Below, piece after piece: positions 1 through 8,516 of a stretch of DNA of 64,000 nucleotides. The first letter of the stretch is position 1. Each line of letters starts with the position of its first letter. Source of the DNA: Candidatus Polarisedimenticolaceae bacterium (GTDB lineage: Bacteria > Acidobacteriota > Polarisedimenticolia > Polarisedimenticolales > Polarisedimenticolaceae). Where the stretch lies: the NCBI GenBank assembly GCA_041629655.1, contig JBFKMV010000001.1:8075-72074 (forward strand). The letters are read 5' to 3'. The notes beneath the pieces are model-generated. The model made no database searches and was not told the origin of the DNA. It saw nothing but the letters and a program-made list of their open reading frames with translations. Position numbers and translations under genes: made by a program.

Positions 1-1214
1 ACGGCTACTACATCCTGGCCGACCTGCTCGAGATTCCGAACCTGGGGCAGCGGGGCCTGCAGTACCTGGGCTACCTGGTCAAGCGACGCGTGTTCCGGAT
101 CAAGGACGCCACGCCGCCCTACGTCGGTCCGGGAGAGCGGGCGTGGTTCGTGCTGTACTCGGTGTCCGCGTTCGTGTACCGGATGTTCATCTACGTCGGG
201 ATCATCCTGTTCGTGGCCGGCAAGTTCTTCGTGATCGGCGTGCTGCTGGCGATCTGGGCCGGGTCGAGCATGGTCGCGGTGCCGGTGTCCAAGGGGCTCA
301 AGTTCGTGATGTCGTCGCGCGAGCTGCGCGAGCGGCGGCCGCGGGCGATCCTGTTCTCGGGTGGCGCGATCCTCGCGGTGCTGTTGCTGATCTTCGGGCT
401 GCCGGTGCCGCACCGGACGCTGGCCGAGGGGGTGGTCTGGGTCCCGGAGGATGCCGTGGTGCGCGCCGCGGCGAGCGGCTTCGTCGTGCGCGTGGCGGCC
501 GAGCCGAACTCCCACGTGGAAGCCGGCCAGCTGCTGTTCGAGTGCGAGGACCCGTTGCTGCGCGCGCAGGCCGTGGCGTTGCGTGCGCGGCTGCGGGAGC
601 TGGAGAGCCGCTACGACCAGGCGCGGGCGACGGACCGCAGCGAGGCCCGGATCGTGGCCGAGGAGCGGGACAGCGTGGCCGAGGAGCTGCGACGCGCCGA
701 GGAGCGGCTGTCCGACCTCGCGATCCGGAGCCCGGCGACGGGCCGTTTCGTGCTCCCCAAGCCCGCCGACCTGCCGGGGCGCCACCTCAAGCAGGGCGAG
801 CTGCTGGCCTGGGTGCTGGACGTGGAGCGGCCGACGGTGCGCGTGGTGGTGCCGCAGTCCGGCGTGGACCTGGTGCGGCGCTCGACCCGCGGCGTCGAGG
901 TCCGGCTGGCGGAGCGGCTGGAGCGGGTGTTGCCGGCCGCGATCCGCCGCGAAGTGCCGGAGGCGGCCGAGCGGCTCCCCAGCACCACGCTCGGGAGCGC
1001 GGGCGGAGGCGAGATCGCGATCGACCCCTACGACGAGGGGCGGACCCGCACGTTCGAGAAGCTGTTCCAGTTCGATCTCGAGGTGACCCAGCCGCTCGAC
1101 CGCGTGTTCATCGGCGGCCGCGCCCACGTGCGCTTCGACCACGGCCTGGAGCCGCTCGGGCTGCGCTGGTACCGCGACGTGCGGCGGCTGCTGCTGCGGA
1201 GGTTCAATGTCTGA
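1..1214 (+). CDS. 3' part of a membrane protein with an HlyD-like periplasmic adaptor domain. Probably the M50-peptidase/HlyD fusion family. The 5' end lies outside the window.
   Basis: Frame 3 is open from base 3 (GYYILADLLEIPNLGQRG...) to the stop at 1214. Two hydrophobic helices are followed by a coiled-coil (RARLRELESRYDQARA) and a beta-rich tail, as in HlyD adaptors. The stop overlaps the next ATG (ATGTCTGA). Confidence 0.6.
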   Translation, partial: GYYILADLLEIPNLGQRGLQYLGYLVKRRVFRIKDATPPYVGPGERAWFVLYSVSAFVYRMFIYVGIILFVAGKFFVIGVLLAIWAGSSMVAVPVSKGLKFVMSSRELRERRPRAILFSGGAILAVLLLIFGLPVPHRTLAEGVVWVPEDAVVRAAASGFVVRVAAEPNSHVEAGQLLFECEDPLLRAQAVALRARLRELESRYDQARATDRSEARIVAEERDSVAEELRRAEERLSDLAIRSPATGRFVLPKPADLPGRHLKQGELLAWVLDVERPTVRVVVPQSGVDLVRRSTRGVEVRLAERLERVLPAAIRREVPEAAERLPSTTLGSAGGGEIAIDPYDEGRTRTFEKLFQFDLEVTQPLDRVFIGGRAHVRFDHGLEPLGLRWYRDVRRLLLRRFNV

Positions 1215-3198
1215 GGTCGGGGCCGGCCTGACCCGCGCGCGCGGCGCCTACCCGGAGCGCGGTGTGGACGAGGAGCGTGGCCTGGACCGGCTGGTGCGCG
1301 ACCTGCTGGGACAGCTCAAGCGGTTGCGGGGCGGGCGCGTCGCGCGGCACCGGCGGATCGTCGAGCTGGTCGAGGCCCACGGTTCGCGGTTCGCCGGCCT
1401 GAGCGACGAGGAGCTGGGCTGGCAGGCGCGCAGCCTGCGGCCCGAGCTGCGCGCGGGGGGGCTGACGCCGGCCCGCGTCGCCGAGTCGTTCGCGCTGGTG
1501 CGCGAGGTGGCCGGGCGACGGCTCGAGATGCGGCACTTCGACGTGCAGCTGATCGGCGGCTGGGTGCTGCTCAACGGGATGGTCGCCGAGATGGCGACCG
1601 GCGAGGGCAAGACGCTCACCGCGACCCTGCCCGCCTGCACGCTCGCGCTGGCCGGCGTGCCGGTGCACGTGATCACCGTCAACGACTACCTGGCCCGCCG
1701 CGACGCGGCGTGGATGGCGCCGGTCTACGAGGCGCTCGGTCTGAGCGTGGGCGTGGTGGCCCAGGGCATGGACCTGGAGCAGCGCCGCCAGGCCTACCGT
1801 TGCGACGTGACCTACTGCACGAACAAGGAGCTGGTGTTCGACTACCTGCGCGACCGGCTGGATCTGGGACGCCGGCCGGGACCGATCCGTTCGCGCCTGG
1901 AGCGGCTGGGCGGCAAGGCCGGCCGGGTCGAGCGGCTGCGACTGCGCGGCCTGTACTTCGCGATCGTCGACGAGGCGGACAGCGTACTGATCGACGAGGC
2001 GCGGACGCCGCTGATCATCTCCGGACCGGGCGACAACAGCTTCGAGGCCGAGGTCTACCGCCAGGCGCTCGAGCTGAGCGAGGGGCTCGAGTCGGGCCGC
2101 GACTACTACGTCGATTTCGCCAATCGCACCGTGGAGCTGCGCGAGGCCGCGGGCGAGCGGCTGGAGACGCTGGCCGAGCCGCTGCACGGGTTCTGGACCG
2201 GCAAGCGGCGCCGCGAGGAGCTGGTGCGGCTGGCGTTGACGGCGCGCCACCTGTTCCACCGCGACAAACACTACGTGGTCCGCGACGGCAAGGTGCAGAT
2301 CGTCGACGAGTACACCGGCCGCATCATGCCCGACCGCTCATGGGAGTACGGCCTGCACCAGCTGATCGAGACCAAGGAGCAATGCGACGTCACGACCCAG
2401 ACCGAGGTGCTGGGACGGATCAGCTACCAGAAGTTCTTCCGGCGCTACCTGGCGCTGTCGGGCATGACCGGCACCGCCCGCGAGGCCGCCGGCGAGCTGT
2501 GGTCGGTCTACCGGCTGGAGGTGGCGGCCGTGCCGACCAACAAGCCGATGCGTCGCCGCGATCACGGGCTCTCGGTCCACGCCACGCTCGACGACAAGTG
2601 GGCCGCCGTGGGGCGGCGGATCGAGAAGCTGACCACGGCCGGCCGCCCGGTGCTGGTCGGAACGCGCACCGTGGCGGCCTCGGAGCACCTGGCCGAGCTG
2701 CTCGCGGCGGCCGGTCTCGAGAGCCGCGTGCTGAACGCGCTCCAGGACCGGCACGAGGCCGAAATCGTCGCCGCCGCCGGACGGCGCGGCCAGATCACCG
2801 TCGCCACCAACATGGCCGGGCGGGGGACCGACATCAAGCTCGAATCCGGGATCGCCGAGCTGGGCGGACTGCACGTGATCGCCACCGAGCTGCACGACGC
2901 CGGCCGGATCGATCGCCAGCTGTTCGGCCGTTGCGGGCGGCAGGGCGACCCGGGCTCGTTCGAGGCGTTCGCGTCGCTGCAGGACGAGCTGCTGCGCGCG
3001 TATCCACGGCGGGTGCTGGGATTGCTTCCGCGACGCTGGGTCGGGACCGGGAGCCCGGCGGGTCGGCTGCTGGCGCGACTGCTGTTCCGTCGCGCGCAGC
3101 GCGCGGCCGAGCGCAGCCACTTCGCGATGCGCCGCGACCTGCTCAAGCTCGACGACTCGCTGGAGCGCGCGCTGGCCTTCGCCGGACGCGGGGAGTAG
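1207..3198 (+). CDS. Truncated SecA-like DEAD-motor ATPase (SecA paralogue lacking most of the C-terminal scaffold/wing/zinc-finger region)
   Basis: SecA signatures are present: [20 protein letters not shown] (Walker A), [46 protein letters not shown] and GRCGRQGDPG. The protein is 663 aa against 932 aa for the canonical SecA at 41984. It ends shortly after the first scaffold helix. Confidence 0.8.
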   Translation: MSEVGAGLTRARGAYPERGVDEERGLDRLVRDLLGQLKRLRGGRVARHRRIVELVEAHGSRFAGLSDEELGWQARSLRPELRAGGLTPARVAESFALVREVAGRRLEMRHFDVQLIGGWVLLNGMVAEMATGEGKTLTATLPACTLALAGVPVHVITVNDYLARRDAAWMAPVYEALGLSVGVVAQGMDLEQRRQAYRCDVTYCTNKELVFDYLRDRLDLGRRPGPIRSRLERLGGKAGRVERLRLRGLYFAIVDEADSVLIDEARTPLIISGPGDNSFEAEVYRQALELSEGLESGRDYYVDFANRTVELREAAGERLETLAEPLHGFWTGKRRREELVRLALTARHLFHRDKHYVVRDGKVQIVDEYTGRIMPDRSWEYGLHQLIETKEQCDVTTQTEVLGRISYQKFFRRYLALSGMTGTAREAAGELWSVYRLEVAAVPTNKPMRRRDHGLSVHATLDDKWAAVGRRIEKLTTAGRPVLVGTRTVAASEHLAELLAAAGLESRVLNALQDRHEAEIVAAAGRRGQITVATNMAGRGTDIKLESGIAELGGLHVIATELHDAGRIDRQLFGRCGRQGDPGSFEAFASLQDELLRAYPRRVLGLLPRRWVGTGSPAGRLLARLLFRRAQRAAERSHFAMRRDLLKLDDSLERALAFAGRGE

Positions 3199-3220
3199 CG
3201 CGACCTCGCCGCCCCGGCGA

Positions 3221-4096
3221 TCAGTAGTGCAGGTTCATGTTGGCCATCACGCGCTCCGGCGTGGACGGCCCCTGGTTGCCCGCGATCTCGAACGGCGCGC
3301 AGATCCCGGCGTAGCACAGGGTCGCGGTGGTGTGGTCGGTGCCGTGTTCCGCGAGCCAGTTGGCGTAGGAGCGCCCGACCGTCCCGAGCAGCGGGTTGGT
3401 CAGGTCCACCGTGGCCCGCGGGTCGGGTCCCCCGCCGTACCACACCCGGGCGTCGCCGCGGAAGGGCAGCGACGTCACGGTGCCGGCATTGTTGTCGAGC
3501 GCGATGCTGAAGTTCGTCGCGTCCAGGTCGTAGATCAGCCCGATCCGGCCCAGCCGCCGCGTGAGCTTACCCTGGCCGAGCAGCGCCAGGCGGTCCTCCA
3601 GCGCCAGCCGCGTGCGGCCGCACTCGCCGTAGTAGCGTCCGGTGGCAACGAGGATCGAGAGCGAGCGGAACCCGAGGCAGTTCTCGTTCGGGGTCCCGTC
3701 GAACGGCTGGTCGCCGGGATCGTTGGGATTCGGCGCGGTCCAGATCGCGCAGCCCTGCCAGTCGGGGTTGCAGTACAGATCGGAGTGGAACGTGGGCTGA
3801 CCCGCCAATCCCGAGTGGTTGTTGTAGGTCAGCAGGGTCTGGTCCCCGTTGGCCTTCTGATCGACGAACGAGAACAGCTCGTCGGTCCCGTCCTCGTAGA
3901 GGAACGCCGTCTGCGACGACTCGCGGATGTGCGCGCGCCCGTTGGTGTTCACCGGCAGGGGAGCGTTCCCTCCGCCCCCGAGCGAGCTTCCCGTGTCGTG
4001 GTCCTGGTCGTTGTCGGTGATCACCGGGTAGTCGGTGATGCACCCGAGACCCAGCGCGACGGCCACGCAAAAACAGAGATGGGCCAGCGTTCTCAT
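3221..4096 (-). CDS. Hypothetical lipoprotein
   Basis: Start chosen at MRTLAHLCFCVAVALGLGC (lipobox LGC) inside the 311-aa ORF. I recognise no family. Several Cys pairs suggest a secreted disulfide-bonded protein. Confidence 0.5.
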   Translation of the reverse strand: MRTLAHLCFCVAVALGLGCITDYPVITDNDQDHDTGSSLGGGGNAPLPVNTNGRAHIRESSQTAFLYEDGTDELFSFVDQKANGDQTLLTYNNHSGLAGQPTFHSDLYCNPDWQGCAIWTAPNPNDPGDQPFDGTPNENCLGFRSLSILVATGRYYGECGRTRLALEDRLALLGQGKLTRRLGRIGLIYDLDATNFSIALDNNAGTVTSLPFRGDARVWYGGGPDPRATVDLTNPLLGTVGRSYANWLAEHGTDHTTATLCYAGICAPFEIAGNQGPSTPERVMANMNLHY

Positions 4097-4244
4097 GAGC
4101 CCCCCTTTCGCTGCTGGATTGTCCCAAGAATACGCCCCCGGGTCGCCAGGGGTCAAGCGCGAACGGGCCGCTGCCGGCCTGCTCGGCGTCCGCTCGACGG
4201 ACGCACGGTGGGCAGGCCGGGCGGCCCTTGGGGGGTGGAGGGGG

Positions 4245-4562
4245 TCAGCCGCCGAGCTTCTTGACGTACTCGGCGACCGACTTGATCTGCTCGTGGGTCA
4301 GCTTGCCGTCGAACTTGGGCATCTTGCCCTTGCCCTCGAGGCTGACCTTCACGATGTCCTCTACCGAGGTCGCTTTTTGCCACTCGGCGTCGTTGAGGTT
4401 GGCCGAGCCCTTCGCCATCGCCTTGGCCACGCCGTCCTTGCCGTGGCACATCGCGCACTTCTTGTCGTAGAGCGCCTGGCCCTCGTCCTCGGCGAGCGCC
4501 GCCGGCGCGGCCGCGAGCGAGGCCAACAGCACCAACACCGCGATCCAGAACATCCGCTTCAT
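4245..4562 (-). CDS. Monohaem class I c-type cytochrome, secreted
   Basis: Signal peptide MKRMFWIAVLVLLASLAAAPAALA and a single CAMCH haem motif with a distal Met region (GKGKMPKF). GAGGAGG lies 5-7 nt before the ATG at 4562. Confidence 0.85.
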   Translation of the reverse strand: MKRMFWIAVLVLLASLAAAPAALAEDEGQALYDKKCAMCHGKDGVAKAMAKGSANLNDAEWQKATSVEDIVKVSLEGKGKMPKFDGKLTHEQIKSVAEYVKKLGG

Positions 4563-4642
4563 CTCGTCCTCCTCGGGTAGCACGGTCGGCCTGGGAGCGC
4601 GCGCACCGTGCAGGGTCTTCTTTCGAACCGATCCGGTCTCAA

Positions 4643-4658
4643 AGCAACGGCCGTGCCA
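4643..4658 (-). promoter_or_regulatory. Sigma-54 (-24/-12) promoter candidate for the cytochrome c gene at 4245-4562
   Basis: The minus strand reads TGGCACGGCCGTTGCT, a full match to TGGCAC-N5-TTGCW with correct GG-to-GC spacing. It is intergenic, about 80 nt upstream of the ATG. Confidence 0.55.
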
Positions 4659-4781
4659 CGGGGAGCGAATCGGGGCCGCGGCCGTGGCGTTTCACGCGGC
4701 CGGCGGCGTGTCCGCGCTGCGGTGGGGAATTTTCCGCGACAGCGGCGTAGGAATCCACATCAACGGCGCGCCGCCACGGGG

Positions 4782-5246
4782 TCAGTCCGCTGCACCCGTG
4801 CTGCGCACCGCCAGCACGGGGCACGGCGCATGCCGGATCACCCGCTCGGTGGTCGAGCCCATCAGCGCGTGGGAGATGAACCCCCGCCCGTGGGTCGCCA
4901 TCACGATCAGGTCGGCACCGCGCTTTTCGGCCAGCTGGACGATCTCGCGGTGCGGCGTTCCGGTCAGCAGCACGGGCTCGATCGGAACGCGGTCGCCGAG
5001 CTGCTCGCGGACCGCGCGCTCCAGCTCGCGGGTGGCGTGCTTCTTGTGGTTCTCCATGATCTCGACCGTGGAGATCCCATTGACCCCGGGAAACTCACCG
5101 ATGAACGGCGGCAGCCGCTCCTCGTCCACGTACAGGAAGAGGATCTTGGTGCCGAACTTCTCCGCCATCATCAGCGCGGGCTCGAACGCCTGCTTGGCCG
5201 TCTCGGAGAAATCCGTGGTGAGGAGGATGGTTTTGAACTCGTTCAT
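4782..5246 (-). CDS. Universal stress protein (UspA family)
   Basis: ILLTTDFSE...LIVMATHGRGFISHALMGSTTERVIRHAPCPVLAV is the typical USP ATP-binding fold signature. Confidence 0.85.
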   Translation of the reverse strand: MNEFKTILLTTDFSETAKQAFEPALMMAEKFGTKILFLYVDEERLPPFIGEFPGVNGISTVEIMENHKKHATRELERAVREQLGDRVPIEPVLLTGTPHREIVQLAEKRGADLIVMATHGRGFISHALMGSTTERVIRHAPCPVLAVRSTGAAD

Positions 5247-5325
5247 GGCTCCTCCCTTCCTCCGACAGTGTAGCGTGCATACGGTGTGCCAGTCACGCCC
5301 CCGAGGCGGCGGGACCGGCGGCCCG

Positions 5326-5341
5326 TGGCTCGAAACTTGCT
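5326..5341 (+). promoter_or_regulatory. Sigma-54 (-24/-12) promoter candidate for the cytochrome c gene at 5390
   Basis: TGGCTCGAAACTTGCT has correct spacing and lies about 50 nt upstream of the ATG. A GGAAGGAGG RBS follows. Confidence 0.5.
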
Positions 5342-5389
5342 CCGGAACGGGGCGGGGGCCGGCTGCGCGGCCCGGAAGGAGGCGTCATC

Positions 5390-5854
5390 ATGCGAAGCCT
5401 GGAATTCGTGGTCGGATGCGTCGGAGTCGCCCTGGTCGCGCTGGGGCTGGCGATGGCCAGCGTGCCGTCCGGTTCGACGGCCGTGCTCGCCCAGACCACG
5501 ATCGCGGCCGCCGGGCCCGTCGGGTCGGCGCCCGTGCCCGACAAGGCCAAGCGGACGTCCAATCCGGTGCCCGCCACGGCGGATTCGGTCGCGGAAGGCA
5601 AGACGATCTTCAGCAGCCAGTGCACGATGTGCCACGGCGTGCTCGGCAGCGGCAAGGGCGACCTCGTCGAGCGGCTCGAGCTGCAGATGCCCGACTTCAC
5701 CGATCCCGCGTACCAGCGGGCGCGGACCGACGGCGAGCTGTTCTGGGTCATCAGGAACGGGCACGAGGAGATGCCCTCGCAGGCGAAGCGCTTCGACGAT
5801 CGGACCTGGTGGAACGTCGTCAACTACATTCGCACCCTTGAGCGGAAGGACTGA
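5390..5854 (+). CDS. Monohaem c-type cytochrome, secreted or membrane-anchored
   Basis: N-terminal hydrophobic segment and a single CTMCH motif. GELFWVIRNGHEEMP supplies the Met-ligand region typical of class I cytochromes c. Confidence 0.8.
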   Translation: MRSLEFVVGCVGVALVALGLAMASVPSGSTAVLAQTTIAAAGPVGSAPVPDKAKRTSNPVPATADSVAEGKTIFSSQCTMCHGVLGSGKGDLVERLELQMPDFTDPAYQRARTDGELFWVIRNGHEEMPSQAKRFDDRTWWNVVNYIRTLERKD

Positions 5855-5956
5855 CCCGCGAGCCGGGCGGCGCAGGACGGTCCGCCGAGTCTGTGGCATG
5901 ATGGTCCGCCGCGACACGCGGCCGCGACGTTGAACCTCCTGACCGCCGGGTAGCCG

Positions 5957-7273
5957 ATGTCGGTTCCACTCGACCGAGAAACCGTACGCCGGATCATTGC
6001 CGAGCAGGCCGTCGACGTCCGTCACGCGTCGATCCGCGAGATGAACCGCGTGGTCAACGCGATCGAGCGCAAGCTCGACGTGCGGTTCATCCGGATGGAG
6101 TTCGGCATCCCGGGTCTGCCGCTGAGCCCGATCGCCATCGAGGCCGAGGCGGCGGCGCTTCGCGATCGCGGCCTGGGCCCGGTCTACGCCCCGTTCGACG
6201 GCGTTCCGGAGCTGAAGCAGGAGGCGGCGCGGTTCGTCAAGCTGTTCATGGACGTGGAGGTCCCGCCCGAGTGCTGCATCCCGACCGTCGGCGCGATGGA
6301 GGCCTGCTTCGCCGCGCTGGCGCTCGCCGGGCGCCTGCGACCCGAATCGCGGACGGTGCTGTGCCTCGAGCCGGGGTTTCCCGTGAACAAGACCCAGCTC
6401 CGGTTTCTGGACCTGCGCTGCGCCCAGATCGACTTCTACGACCATCGCGGCGAGCGGTTGCTGGAGGCCGTCGAGCGCCGGGCGCAGCAGGGCGACCTGT
6501 GCGGCATCCTGTGGTCGAGCCCGAACAACCCGAGCTGGATCATCCTCCGTGATCACGAGCTGCAAGGTCTGGGGCGGATCTGCGACGAGTACGACCTGCT
6601 GGCGATCGAGGACCTGGCCTACTTCGGCATGGACAGCCGCGCCGACTACTCGGCGCCGGGAGAGGCGCCGTACCAGCCGACCGTGCTGAGCTACACCCGC
6701 CGCGGGATCTGCATCATCAGCAGCTCCAAGATCTTCAGCTACGCCGGGCAGCGGATCGCCCTGGCGGTGCTGTCGCCGGAGCTGATGGAGGCCAGGGCCC
6801 CGAACCTGGAGCGGTACTACGGGACGCCACGGATCGGCCGGGCATGGGTGCCCGGAGTCCACTACCCGCTGGTCGCCTGCGTGCCGGAATCGCCGCAGCA
6901 CGGGCTGCTGGCGTTGCTGCGGGCCGCCAATGCCGGAGAGCGCAGCCTGTTCGAGCCGGCGCGCGAGTATGCCCGGCGCGCGCGGACGATGAAACGGCTG
7001 TTCATTGGCAACGGGTTCCGGCTGGTCTATGACAGCGATCTGGGTGAGCCGATCGCCGACGGGTTCTATTTCACCGTCGGCTACCCGGGTTTCGCCGACG
7101 GCGCCGATCTGCTGGGCGAGCTGCTGCACTACGGCGTCAGCGCGATCACGCTGGAGACGACCGGAAGCTGCCGCAGGGAAGGTCTCCGCGCCTGCGTGTC
7201 GATGACCGGGAACGAGCAGTTTCCGGTCCTCGAGCAGCGGCTGCGGCGGTTCCACGAGGACCACCCGGTCTAG
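5957..7273 (+). CDS. PLP-dependent aminotransferase (class I/II fold)
   Basis: 438-aa ORF with IISSSKIFSYAGQRIA (Schiff-base Lys context) and the general AAT-like layout. Confidence 0.7.
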   Translation: MSVPLDRETVRRIIAEQAVDVRHASIREMNRVVNAIERKLDVRFIRMEFGIPGLPLSPIAIEAEAAALRDRGLGPVYAPFDGVPELKQEAARFVKLFMDVEVPPECCIPTVGAMEACFAALALAGRLRPESRTVLCLEPGFPVNKTQLRFLDLRCAQIDFYDHRGERLLEAVERRAQQGDLCGILWSSPNNPSWIILRDHELQGLGRICDEYDLLAIEDLAYFGMDSRADYSAPGEAPYQPTVLSYTRRGICIISSSKIFSYAGQRIALAVLSPELMEARAPNLERYYGTPRIGRAWVPGVHYPLVACVPESPQHGLLALLRAANAGERSLFEPAREYARRARTMKRLFIGNGFRLVYDSDLGEPIADGFYFTVGYPGFADGADLLGELLHYGVSAITLETTGSCRREGLRACVSMTGNEQFPVLEQRLRRFHEDHPV

Positions 7274-7310
7274 AATGACCGCGGCCCCGCGGGATCGAGG
7301 AGGTGAGGGG

Positions 7311-8516
7311 ATGGTCTGCCGCCGGATCTGTGCATTGCTGACGCTGGCGCTCGTCGTCACCGCTTGCAGCGGCCCCGGGAGTCCGGAGGCGCCTCCGGTA
7401 GCCCAGGCCGTGAGCGAGATCGCGAGCCCCGCGGCCGCCGGAAGCGGCGAGCCGAATCTCACCGTCGGCGACGACGGGCGGTTGTACTTGAGCTGGATCG
7501 AGCCGTTCGACGACGGTCACGCCCTGCGCTTCGCGGTCCGCGAAGGAGCGGGTTGGAGCGCGCCGCGCACGATCGCGACCGGCCGGGACTGGTTCGTCAA
7601 CTGGGCCGACTTCCCCGCGCTGGCGGCGCTGGGCGACGGGACGCTGGCCGCGCACTGGCTGGCCAAGAGCGGACCCGGCACCTACGCCTACGACGTCTGG
7701 CTCGCCGTGTCGCGCGACGGGGGCGAGACGTGGAGCGAGCCGGTCCGGCCGCATGGCGACGGCACCCGGACCGAGCACGGGTTCGTGTCGCTGGTGCCGG
7801 CCGGGGACCGCTTCGGCGTGGCGTGGCTCGACGGGCGGGAGACGGCCGCGCAGCCACCGGGGCCGATGACGCTGCGCTACACCACGCTCGACCGCGAGGG
7901 CCGGGTGGGCCAGGAGCGCCTGATCGACGAGCGCGTCTGCGATTGCTGCCAGACGGAGGTGGTCCGGACCGCGGACGGCCTGGCCGCGTTCTTCCGCGAC
8001 CGTTCGACCGGGGAGATCCGGGACATCTACGTCGCCCTGGGCTCCGGCGACGACTGGTCCGAGTCGCGCGCCGTGCACGACGACGGCTGGAAGATCGCGG
8101 CCTGCCCGGTCAACGGGCCTGCGGCCGCGGCCTCCGGAGACGATCTCGCGGTCGCCTGGTTCACGGTTGCCGCGGGCGGCGAGGGCCAGGTCAAGCTGGC
8201 CTTCTCCGGGGACGGCGGCCGGAGCTTCGGTTCGCCGCTGCGCGTCGACGGCGGCAACCCGCTCGGACGCGTCGACCTCCTGCTGCACGACGACGGCTCG
8301 GCGCTGGTGAGCTGGCTCGAGCTGGGCGAGACGGCCGAGATCCGGGTCCGGCGGGTGGAGCCGTCGGGCGCGCTCGGTGAGCCGCGGGTCGCGGTGACGA
8401 CCAGCGGCGCGCGCTCGAGCGGCTTCCCGCGGCTGGCCCGGCTGGGCGGCGAGGTGTTCCTGGCCTGGACGGCGGCGGAAGAGCCCGCGCAGGTCAGGAC
8501 CGGCGTGCTGCGTTGA
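7311..8516 (+). CDS. BNR/Asp-box repeat (sialidase-fold) lipoprotein
   Basis: Lipoprotein signal MVCRRICALLTLALVVTAC. Asp-box SRDGGETW and a degenerate SGDGGRSF are present. The start inside the ORF was chosen at the signal peptide. Confidence 0.65.
   Translation: MVCRRICALLTLALVVTACSGPGSPEAPPVAQAVSEIASPAAAGSGEPNLTVGDDGRLYLSWIEPFDDGHALRFAVREGAGWSAPRTIATGRDWFVNWADFPALAALGDGTLAAHWLAKSGPGTYAYDVWLAVSRDGGETWSEPVRPHGDGTRTEHGFVSLVPAGDRFGVAWLDGRETAAQPPGPMTLRYTTLDREGRVGQERLIDERVCDCCQTEVVRTADGLAAFFRDRSTGEIRDIYVALGSGDDWSESRAVHDDGWKIAACPVNGPAAAASGDDLAVAWFTVAAGGEGQVKLAFSGDGGRSFGSPLRVDGGNPLGRVDLLLHDDGSALVSWLELGETAEIRVRRVEPSGALGEPRVAVTTSGARSSGFPRLARLGGEVFLAWTAAEEPAQVRTGVLR

Noticed and set aside
5243-7462. 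Long shadow ORFs. Examples: 5243-7462 (-), 8027-10498 (-), 16042-17844 (+), 16142-18532 (-), 19240-21099 (-), 37030-39636 (-), 41606-44413 (-), 42406-46341 (+), 57698-60004 (+), 60658-63168 (-), and many shorter ones.
   Set aside because: They have Arg/Pro/Gly/Ala-dominated composition, no recognisable motifs, and lie antisense or out of frame to ORFs with clear family signatures. This is the expected artefact of very high GC content, where stop codons are rare in all frames.
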